A model generated the notes under the pieces. It saw only the letters and a list, made by a program, of their open reading frames with translations. It did not search any database and had not been told where the DNA came from. A DNA stretch of 33,113 nt from a virus (taxonomy: Duplodnaviria > Caudoviricetes), in the IMG/VR virus record IMGVR_UViG_3300032247_000060, positions 1-33,113 of that record; one strand, 5' to 3'. How positions within the stretch are numbered: position 1 is the first letter of the stretch; each line of letters begins with the position of its first letter. Below are positions 27,594 through 33,113 of the stretch, one piece after another. The position numbers and the translations under genes were made by a program.

Positions 27594-27831
27594 TTGCTTT
27601 CCTCTCATATTTGCGTTTTTGGGGCACTGGGGTGGTTTGATCAGTGGTGATGTCGTACACAGGCAAGGCAACTAGATCAACCTTCACATCCTGAGTTTCA
27701 ACAATCAGATGCTGACCGCACCAATCTTTTTCGTGTTTGTTCACCTGTTGCGGGTTTAACCGACAGATGCCCATGATTTGCTGTGCGCGGAAATATTTAC
27801 AGTTCCCGCAATTAGAATCCATCTCAGCCAT
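27574..27831 (-). CDS. Small four-Cys metal-binding protein (HiPIP-like spacing)
   Basis: C-x2-C-x11-C-x13-WC; AAGGAGG RBS; basic tail. Confidence 0.6.
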   Translation of the reverse strand: MAEMDSNCGNCKYFRAQQIMGICRLNPQQVNKHEKDWCGQHLIVETQDVKVDLVALPVYDITTDQTTPVPQKRKYERKANAKASA

Positions 27832-27896
27832 TCAAAACCTCCTTTTTTGTTTGGTTAGTAAGCCCTGCCGTCTCAATCACGGTGGGGCTTACGCTT

Positions 27897-28112
27897 TTAA
27901 TCCTGATAGCACTTGCGGTCGTGAGTGTAGCAAACACCACTAGATTTGCCGCCAGTGCATTCATTGCCAGAAGGCATTTTGTTGCTCATAGCGTTAGGAA
28001 TGCCCTTTTTGGCACTGCCTTGCTCACCAGACTTCATATCGGAGGCAGGGTTGCCCTTCATAGAAACTTGTGCGCCGTAGCCTTTGGGTTCGTTTTTCAT
28101 CATATTTGCCAT
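27897..28112 (-). CDS. Hypothetical low-complexity protein
   Basis: 71 aa, Gly/Lys/Met/Ser-rich with three Cys; GAGGA RBS. Confidence 0.6.
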   Translation of the reverse strand: MANMMKNEPKGYGAQVSMKGNPASDMKSGEQGSAKKGIPNAMSNKMPSGNECTGGKSSGVCYTHDRKCYQD

Positions 28113-28119
28113 GATTTCC

Positions 28120-28485
28120 TCATTTCAAAGTTAAAAGATACAGGGTTGAATTGATCAGATCAGCAATTTCATCGACGATGTTTTGCAGTTCTGAGTCTTG
28201 GGGGATTTCTTTTCGCGCTTCTTGCACAAACCCTTTTAGCTGGGTTAGATATTCGTGCGGCGTGTCTTTGGGCTGGTGCAATTCATCAGGAAACTTCTTC
28301 ATCCTGGTGTCGTACCGCCCTTGATAACTCTCTGCCAAACTGTCGGCAAGGTCTACAATCTTGGGGTAAAACTTGCCCAGCGCCTTGTGGGTGGCGTATT
28401 CAATCGTTTGCAAATGTTGGAAGTGCGTGATTGTTCCCGCATGAAACAGCGTGGCGACAAATTCGGCAACTTCTTCGTTTTTCAT
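28120..28485 (-). CDS. Ferritin/Dps-like four-helix protein (DUF5856-like)
   Basis: H..HLQT..YA.HKAL..FY....DL.D.LAE.YQG and LQN.VDEI..LI..TLY.L. Confidence 0.7.
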   Translation of the reverse strand: MKNEEVAEFVATLFHAGTITHFQHLQTIEYATHKALGKFYPKIVDLADSLAESYQGRYDTRMKKFPDELHQPKDTPHEYLTQLKGFVQEARKEIPQDSELQNIVDEIADLINSTLYLLTLK

Positions 28486-28499
28486 GCGCTCACTATATC

Positions 28500-28520
28500 A
28501 AAAAAAGGGGGCGAACCCCC
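28500..28520 (-). terminator. Intrinsic terminator in front of the late gene block
   Basis: Minus strand GGGGG-TTCG-CCCCC followed by T7. Confidence 0.8.
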
Positions 28521-28539
28521 AAAATGCTGGCAACTGCTA

Positions 28540-28696
28540 CCAACACGGCTGGGGACTGTCGAGCGGGGCGCTTTGAATGCGTCCATTCTCACTTCGCTTG
28601 CCATTTGTCAATCCCCATGCGTGTTGGAAGCTGGAGGAGGAATTACCAGAGATGGCGCAAACCTTTCGGCGGCAACCACATGAACCATTCAGCTTC
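28540..28696 (-). ncRNA. Candidate structured RNA: two abutting closed domains
   Basis: GAAGCTG/CAGCTTC closes 28696-28627; CCAACACG/CGTGTTGG plus TGGGGATTG/CAGTCCCCA closes 28627-28540; G-U pairing works only on the - strand. Confidence 0.6.
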
Positions 28697-28700
28697 ACGC

Positions 28701-29018
28701 CTAGATTTTCGCATCAGGCAAAGGAATGTCAATAGGCCAACAGTTCCGCAAGGCATCAATTGTCCTGTGATGGGCCTTTAACCACATTTCCTGACGTTCC
28801 TGGCGGCTTAAATCCTTGCCTTGGTCAATCTCGTAGTGACACCCCAGGCACAGCGCAGCAACCAGATTGTCATCAGCTTTGACTCCTCGACCCTTGCCAC
28901 CGCCCCAGTTTGTGTGTGCCGCTTGCACCATATTGCCACTTCCACAGGCTTGGCAGTCAAGGTTTGCCACCATCTTTAGCAGCTTTTTTGATCTGACGTA
29001 TGAATGTTTTTCGATCAA
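28701..29018 (-). CDS. Zn-binding HNH-like nuclease (Ref/DUF968/DUF1364-like)
   Basis: CQACG...QAAH...GKG.G.K.DD.....LC..CH..ID; TTG start. Confidence 0.7.
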   Translation of the reverse strand: MIEKHSYVRSKKLLKMVANLDCQACGSGNMVQAAHTNWGGGKGRGVKADDNLVAALCLGCHYEIDQGKDLSRQERQEMWLKAHHRTIDALRNCWPIDIPLPDAKI

Positions 29019-29142
29019 CTATTGTCTCCAATGTGGAAAACCTGTGCATATTTGCACACTCTAGCCGCCTTCTGCGTGTATTGCCTGTGGATATTCTGGA
29101 TTCTTTGACAATTGTCCATGTTCCGCATTCGGGACACTTCAT
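28957..29142 (-). CDS. Zinc-ribbon protein resembling the NrdR N-terminus
   Basis: MKCPECG....V.ESR......RRR.EC...HRFST.E; ATGA-coupled. Confidence 0.7.
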   Translation of the reverse strand: MKCPECGTWTIVKESRISTGNTRRRRLECANMHRFSTLETIVDRKTFIRQIKKAAKDGGKP

Positions 29143-29468
29143 TGGTGCGCCCTGTCTTGCAGTCGGTTGGTGGCCTCTTTTGTTCGCCAAATTTCAATAT
29201 CAAGCCTTGATGCCTCAATCTCCCAGCGCAAGGTTTCTTCCTGGGCTATTGCCGCCGCCAGCCCTTTCAGCAAGGTGTGATATTCGGGGTCTGCATACGC
29301 TTCCCTCTCCTGTGCGTTTGCCGCCTCATAGCCCATTTGCAGGGCATCTTTCATCAACAGGGCTTTTTTAGACTTGCGGAATTCCTCAAGATACACCCGC
29401 TGGGCTTTGGCATCGCCATAGGCTCGGGCTTTGTTGCGTATGTCTTGTGCGGCTTCTTCTGGTTTCAT
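29139..29468 (-). CDS. Conserved-looking helical phage protein
   Basis: 109 aa coiled coil, QEREAYA.PEY motif; ATGA-coupled on both sides. Confidence 0.65.
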   Translation of the reverse strand: MKPEEAAQDIRNKARAYGDAKAQRVYLEEFRKSKKALLMKDALQMGYEAANAQEREAYADPEYHTLLKGLAAAIAQEETLRWEIEASRLDIEIWRTKEATNRLQDRAHQ

Positions 29469-29731
29469 TTCAAAACTCCAATCATCCGCAGGGCGGCTTC
29501 TGGGCTGTCAACACGCGCCAACGTACCTCCAGTCCAACTTTCAAAAAAATCGCGTTGTAGGGGCGTTAAACGGGCTTTAGAGTCCCGTTTTATTTCAACC
29601 AACCAAGTGTGCCCCTTGTGCCCCACCAAAAGATCAACTGGTAGGCCAATAACCCAGACATAAGCGCCAGCGGCCTCCAATGCTGAAATGATTTGTTTTT
29701 GGTTGGCATCAACCCTGGCTGCGTATCTCAT
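29465..29731 (-). CDS. VRR-NUC-like PD-(D/E)xK nuclease / resolvase
   Basis: R.DANQ..I..AL...G, PVDLLVG, LVEIK, LTP.Q..F. Confidence 0.75.
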   Translation of the reverse strand: MRYAARVDANQKQIISALEAAGAYVWVIGLPVDLLVGHKGHTWLVEIKRDSKARLTPLQRDFFESWTGGTLARVDSPEAALRMIGVLK

Positions 29732-29945
29732 TCATTTTCCTTCGTAAATCATCCGCAGCAGCTTCACCCCTGCGCTTGGAAATGTCTGCAATCGTAGTTT
29801 GCCACCATGCTGATGCCTTGGCTTTGCCCAGTTCCTTGATTTTCTGTTGGTATCTCAAAATCCATTCCCGCGCTTCTGTCTGCCGCAAGGTCTCCAGTAA
29901 GTTCAAGCGCTCGGTCGATAACGAAACGGCTGAAGGTTTGTCCAT
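29709..29945 (-). CDS. Hypothetical helical protein (start uncertain)
   Basis: EAREWI.RY...I.KRRG..AAD.LR; largely overlaps 29764..29988. Confidence 0.5.
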   Translation of the reverse strand: MDKPSAVSLSTERLNLLETLRQTEAREWILRYQQKIKELGKAKASAWWQTTIADISKRRGEAAADDLRRKMNEIRSQG

Positions 29946-29988
29946 CTTTCACCCTGTCTAAAAGTTTGTGTGCATCAAAGTAGTTCAA
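29764..29988 (-). CDS. Hypothetical protein
   Basis: TTGA-coupled start with GGAG RBS; A..LLDRV.DG...I..AL.LTGDL. Confidence 0.55.
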   Translation of the reverse strand: MNYFDAHKLLDRVKDGQTFSRFVIDRALELTGDLAADRSAGMDFEIPTENQGTGQSQGISMVANYDCRHFQAQG

Positions 29989-30215
29989 AATATATCTCCA
30001 GGGTCAGTCCAATGTTTCACAGGCGGCGTGTTGGGCAACAGGTCAGCAATGTTGCGTTTTGCTGGTTTGCTACCTGACCATTGGTGTTCGCTACACATTG
30101 GGCGCTGGCCTTCCATGTGAACTGACCAGAGTTTGGGGCATCCTGGCACACTGCACTTCAGGCGCTGAACCTCGTCAATCGGGTCTTTTTTGGATTCTGG
30201 TTTAGCAAAACTCAT
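29985..30215 (-). CDS. Small Cys/His zinc-finger-like protein downstream of replication initiator
   Basis: C....CP..W.........C..H; ATGA-coupled to the initiator gene. Confidence 0.6.
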   Translation of the reverse strand: MSFAKPESKKDPIDEVQRLKCSVPGCPKLWSVHMEGQRPMCSEHQWSGSKPAKRNIADLLPNTPPVKHWTDPGDIF

Positions 30216-30961
30216 TTTTGGTACTTTCCATCAATTATCTTGGCGAAATTGGTTGCGTTCACTATCCACACCAGATCAGGTCGCCATGTCCTGTCCTTGG
30301 TTTCAAACCCCTGCGCCAGCTTGGTGTCGTTGGCAATGTAGTTAAAAAACGAATCCCACCATGCCAACCCATCGGCTTGGCTTGCATACCCCTGTGGGCT
30401 GAATACAGACGGTTTGGCAGCTTGCAACCACCTTTGCCGTAGATTGGTCTGCCTGACCCCATCCCAAACCCGTGGCTGGGCAAGCTGTGGCAAATGCTTT
30501 TTGTAAAGATTCAGAATGTCCTGATGGGGGCAAGTCGGCAACCCTGCCGACAAAGAATCTTTAGATTCTTTAACATGGTTATTGGTTATTGGTTCATGGT
30601 TATTGGTTGCTATTGGGGTGGCATTAGGGGGGCTATTAGCCTCCCCATTGCGGCGCTTATGCCACCTTATTTCCGCACCCTTTTTCCCATCCTCTGAAAA
30701 CTTGCGATATTTGGAAATTTCCTCGTCTGCACGGGGGTTTATGTAACCAGCCTCTGTGGAAACAAAGAATTCGTCCAACACGGTCAAAACGTCTTGTTCG
30801 TTGTCTCGCATCCCTATTTGTCGGGCAATGTCCCGCTGTTTAATGGGCACTTCATGCAGATAGTAGTGATCTAGCAAGCGCCTAAAGGCCAAATCTTCCG
30901 TCAAGGAAAGATGGTGTGTATGTGACTTGTAGTCACCAATATGGAATTGGTAAAAGTGCAT
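30212..30961 (-). CDS. Replication initiator, DUF1376/YdaU-like N-terminus (lambda O analogue)
   Basis: Y.FHIGDY...T.HL...E...RRLLD.YY; low-complexity linker with DNA repeats; W..DL.W.....NF.KI..G.Y C-terminus. Confidence 0.8.
   Translation of the reverse strand: MHFYQFHIGDYKSHTHHLSLTEDLAFRRLLDHYYLHEVPIKQRDIARQIGMRDNEQDVLTVLDEFFVSTEAGYINPRADEEISKYRKFSEDGKKGAEIRWHKRRNGEANSPPNATPIATNNHEPITNNHVKESKDSLSAGLPTCPHQDILNLYKKHLPQLAQPRVWDGVRQTNLRQRWLQAAKPSVFSPQGYASQADGLAWWDSFFNYIANDTKLAQGFETKDRTWRPDLVWIVNATNFAKIIDGKYQK
30552..30608. repeat. Putative replication origin: AT-rich palindrome plus five tandem heptamers
   Basis: AAAGAATCT-TT-AGATTCTTT (30552-30571); CATGGTT ATTGGTT ATTGGTT CATGGTT ATTGGTT (30574-30608). 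Confidence 0.6.
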
Positions 30962-30963
30962 TT

Positions 30964-31057
30964 CCCACGCCTAAAAGTCCACCCTGGAAAGAAACCTCGG
31001 CAGGAGGGGTGGGTTCTCTTTTCATCTGGCTCATGACTTCCAGACTAGCCGTGTTTC
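30964..31057 (-). ncRNA. Candidate cis-regulatory structured leader of the replication initiator gene
   Basis: GAAAC/GTTTC, CGGC/GCCG, TCTGG/CCAGA and GAG/CTC stems; loop CCACCC complementary to downstream GGGTGG. Confidence 0.6.
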
Positions 31058-31062
31058 AAACA

Positions 31063-31068
31063 ATTCTA
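31063..31068 (-). promoter_or_regulatory. -10 box for the initiator leader
   Basis: TAGAAT 5 nt before the first G of the leader stem; weak TTGTTT 18 bp upstream. Confidence 0.45.
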
Positions 31069-31230
31069 ATCCACTTTGGATATTAAAAACAAATCGCCAA
31101 AATCATCCATGCACATCACGCCAACATTGACGTAATGAGTCTTGCCCGTTTGCTCATCGTAAAACTGCGACCACACATTCTTTTGATAGTGCAAAGCGCA
31201 TCGACTCCAAAACCAACTTACTTGTTTCAT
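31066..31230 (-). CDS. Hypothetical 54-aa protein (not in ORF track)
   Basis: MKQVSWFWSRCALHYQKNVWSQFYDEQTGKTHYVNVGVMCMDDFGDLFLISKVD; ATGA-coupled to Cro-like gene. Confidence 0.55.
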   Translation of the reverse strand: MKQVSWFWSRCALHYQKNVWSQFYDEQTGKTHYVNVGVMCMDDFGDLFLISKVD

Positions 31231-31379
31231 TTGAACCACTCAGGACGCAATACCATCAATTGCCAAATTCTTGCTTGGGGCACGGCTTTCCATTGGGAAA
31301 CCGCCGATTGGTGAATGCCCAAAATTCTGGCAAGCTCAGTCTGTGAGCCAGCCAATGCGATAAATTTGTCCTTGTTCAT
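31227..31379 (-). CDS. cro: Cro-like HTH regulator, 50 aa (not in ORF track)
   Basis: MNKDKFIALAGSQTELARILGIHQSAVSQWKAVPQARIWQLMVLRPEWFK; first gene of the leftward operon. Confidence 0.85.
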   Translation of the reverse strand: MNKDKFIALAGSQTELARILGIHQSAVSQWKAVPQARIWQLMVLRPEWFK

Positions 31380-31385
31380 CCGCGC

Positions 31386-31407
31386 ATTGTACATAAGTCC
31401 GCTAATA
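31386..31407 (-). promoter_or_regulatory. Leftward promoter -10 (TACAAT) with adjacent operator-like site
   Basis: TACAAT 6 nt before the cro ATG; CATAAG-N4-CTAATA at 31392-31407. Confidence 0.55.
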
Positions 31408-31416
31408 CCCTTACGC

Positions 31417-31446
31417 TTGACTGGGATATATCAGTTAGCTGATAAT
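31417..31446 (+). promoter_or_regulatory. Rightward early promoter with overlapping palindromic operator
   Basis: TTGACT-18-GATAAT; perfect TATCAG-N4-CTGATA at 31429-31444. Confidence 0.7.
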
Positions 31447-31491
31447 CACCCCATGCCCTGAACTTCTCGGGGTCTTTTTAGGAGTCTCAAG

Positions 31492-31710
31492 ATGATTACA
31501 GCAATCGAAACCCAAGCAATTTATGCAAAGTATGACATTGACTTGTCACCAGCAGAAATCATTGAATTTACTGCTGACGCAAATGAATGGGAAATTAAAG
31601 ACACACGCAACCTCACCGCCCATGAATGGGTCATGCGTTGGGCGCAATCTGACGCCTTTGAAAATGGTTGGAACCCATCTTTTTCTGAGCGCCTTGAATA
31701 CGAATATTGA
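31492..31710 (+). CDS. Acidic early hypothetical protein
   Basis: 72 aa, AGGAG RBS, first gene after the rightward promoter. Confidence 0.7.
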   Translation: MITAIETQAIYAKYDIDLSPAEIIEFTADANEWEIKDTRNLTAHEWVMRWAQSDAFENGWNPSFSERLEYEY

Positions 31711-31712
31711 CC

Positions 31713-31832
31713 ATGTACGACCTTGATTATGAGGAATGGCGGTGGGGGCAAATCCTCACCCGCCAAAACAACTTTGACCCCGACAACCAACCAGAGGATG
31801 AAGAAGATGAAACACCCCAGGACGATGAATGA
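31713..31832 (+). CDS. Very acidic 39-aa peptide (not in ORF track)
   Basis: MYDLDYEEWRWGQILTRQNNFDPDNQPEDEEDETPQDDE; starts 2 nt after upstream stop. Confidence 0.5.
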   Translation: MYDLDYEEWRWGQILTRQNNFDPDNQPEDEEDETPQDDE

Positions 31833-31974
31833 AGCATTCACCCACACCGTGGAATATGGCGCTGCAATTGAAATCTGCCAACCCCGCATAGCAACCACCG
31901 ACAAGATCATCATGGCGCTTGCTGTGTGTGCCTTGGTGGTGCTGGCCCTTGACCTGTTTGTTTGGAGAGCATAA
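31807..31974 (+). CDS. Small membrane protein
   Basis: MKHPRTMNEAF... with C-terminal TM IIMALAVCALVVLALDLFVW. Confidence 0.6.
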   Translation: MKHPRTMNEAFTHTVEYGAAIEICQPRIATTDKIIMALAVCALVVLALDLFVWRA

Positions 31975-32172
31975 ATGAACGCTAACGAAATCATTGAATC
32001 AATCAAAACCATTGCTGACCGCCAGTATGAAGGCGAACCAGCACAGAATCGTTTGGCCTATCACGTTGGCTTGCTTGAGTCCCATTTGCGTGGCTACATC
32101 CAAACCACAGAGATTGCCCAGGAATATGTTAAAGAATTGGAAATGAAACTTATTTCAAAGGAATCGGAATGA
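31975..32172 (+). CDS. Hypothetical protein
   Basis: 65 aa, GGAG RBS, LAYHVGLLES motif. Confidence 0.6.
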   Translation: MNANEIIESIKTIADRQYEGEPAQNRLAYHVGLLESHLRGYIQTTEIAQEYVKELEMKLISKESE

Positions 32173-32441
32173 AGATGATCACCTACTCACTTTTGTGCTG
32201 GATGGCCTGGGTCACGGCTGGTTGCTCTAGTTTGCCAGGGTCAACCCCCCAAGCGCCCAATCAAGACCTAATCGTGGACAAACAAGTTCAGCCGATGGGA
32301 CGCAATGAAGTGATTGACGCTGTGCGCCAGTGCGAATCCTCTGGCCTCCGCGCCATCCCGCTGTATGCAAAACGCAAGATCAATGGCTACACAGTTGAAA
32401 CTGTGGTGGAAGTCACTTGCGGCCCTAAATACGCTTACTAA
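32169..32441 (+). CDS. Putative lipoprotein
   Basis: Signal-like MKMITYSLLCWMAWVTAG then C-SS (lipobox TAGC); two further Cys in the mature part. Confidence 0.65.
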   Translation: MKMITYSLLCWMAWVTAGCSSLPGSTPQAPNQDLIVDKQVQPMGRNEVIDAVRQCESSGLRAIPLYAKRKINGYTVETVVEVTCGPKYAY

Positions 32442-32450
32442 GGAAACATC

Positions 32451-33044
32451 ATGGAAACACCAATCGGGAAACAAATTGCCGCCGCCTTTGTCAAAGCACA
32501 AAAGGCATTTGGGCCAGCTTTAAAGACCTCTACGAACCCGCATTTTCGTAGCAAGTATGCTGACCTATCCAACTGCATTGAGGCCGTTATCGGGGCTTTA
32601 AACGACAACGGCATTGGCTTGATGCAACGCACCTATGACTGTCCAAATGGCGTGATGGTTGAGACAATCTTTGTCCATGAATCTGGGGAAGTCATGGAAT
32701 GCGGGTTGCTTCATGTGCCAGCCGCCAAACAAGACCCCCAGGGCTATGGCAGTGCCTTGACCTACGCTCGGCGTTACAGCCTTTTAGCCGCCACTGGCCT
32801 CGCCCCAGAAGATGACGATGGCAATGCTGGTTCACGCCGCACAGAAACGCCACAGATTGACGCAGGAATGATGGCAGACCACATTGCCGCCATTGATGCC
32901 AGCGCCAACAAAGAAGAACTGCAAACCGCCTACAAAGCCGCCTACGATGCTTGCAAGGGCGACCAGACATGGATTGCCAAGGTCATTAAGGCCAAGGCAG
33001 ACCGAATTGCTAAAGCAAAAAAGGAGAAAGAAAATGGAAACTGA
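32451..33044 (+). CDS. erf: Erf-family ssDNA annealing protein
   Basis: NPHF.SKYA.L, T...H.SGE, Q.YGSALTYARRYSL....G...EDDDGN. Confidence 0.92.
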   Translation: METPIGKQIAAAFVKAQKAFGPALKTSTNPHFRSKYADLSNCIEAVIGALNDNGIGLMQRTYDCPNGVMVETIFVHESGEVMECGLLHVPAAKQDPQGYGSALTYARRYSLLAATGLAPEDDDGNAGSRRTETPQIDAGMMADHIAAIDASANKEELQTAYKAAYDACKGDQTWIAKVIKAKADRIAKAKKEKENGN

Positions 33045-33113
33045 AATCATCCAAGGTTCAACCGAATGGTTTTACCAACGTCTGGGCAAGGTCACCGCCA
33101 GCAGGGTTGCAGA
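32991..33113. repeat. 123-bp direct terminal repeat (copy 2)
   Basis: Identical to 1-123. Confidence 0.95.

Noticed and set aside
28627-28696. tRNA gene
   Set aside because: tRNA-sized with a 7-bp closing stem, but no TTC-RA T-loop, no clear D or anticodon arm and no properly placed NCCA; kept only as an unclassified structured RNA
30574-30608. CRISPR array or DGR repeat
   Set aside because: Short tandem heptamers without spacers; no cas or reverse transcriptase gene anywhere in the window
31521-32012. 163-aa - strand ORF as a possible repressor
   Set aside because: Antisense to coupled + strand early genes, with no HTH or peptidase motif
1-33113. Stop-codon reassignment or intron/intein interruption
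   Set aside because: Core genes (TerL, portal, coat) are intact and of ordinary length under the standard code, and coding density is high

Overview
This window is an apparently complete, circularly assembled dsDNA tailed-phage genome of about 32,990 bp. Bases 1-123 are repeated exactly at 32991-33113. The morphogenesis module is P22-like (podovirus) and on the - strand: TerS, TerL, portal, scaffold, coat, fibre/tailspike block, gp4-, gp10- and gp7-like proteins, two large ejection proteins, then membrane genes and a GH24 endolysin. A lambdoid-style divergent switch at about 31380-31490 drives a Cro-like gene, a DUF1376 replication initiator and nin-like nucleases leftward. Rightward it drives small acidic and membrane proteins, a lipoprotein, Erf, a YqaJ exonuclease and an SSB-like protein. 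I could not recognise an integrase, a CI repressor, or N/Q antiterminators. Accessory genes include GroES, a ferritin-like protein, a HiPIP-like Cys protein, small basic proteins and an AT-rich ParB-N plus C5-methyltransferase cassette. The most unusual signals are non-coding: a three-way-junction/pseudoknot leader on the replication initiator gene, and tandem structured RNA elements plus a terminator in front of the late operon. Also notable are an ATT-start lysis-region gene, two probable leaderless genes and strong CCGG depletion. All family assignments come from motif recognition by eye, not from database searches.
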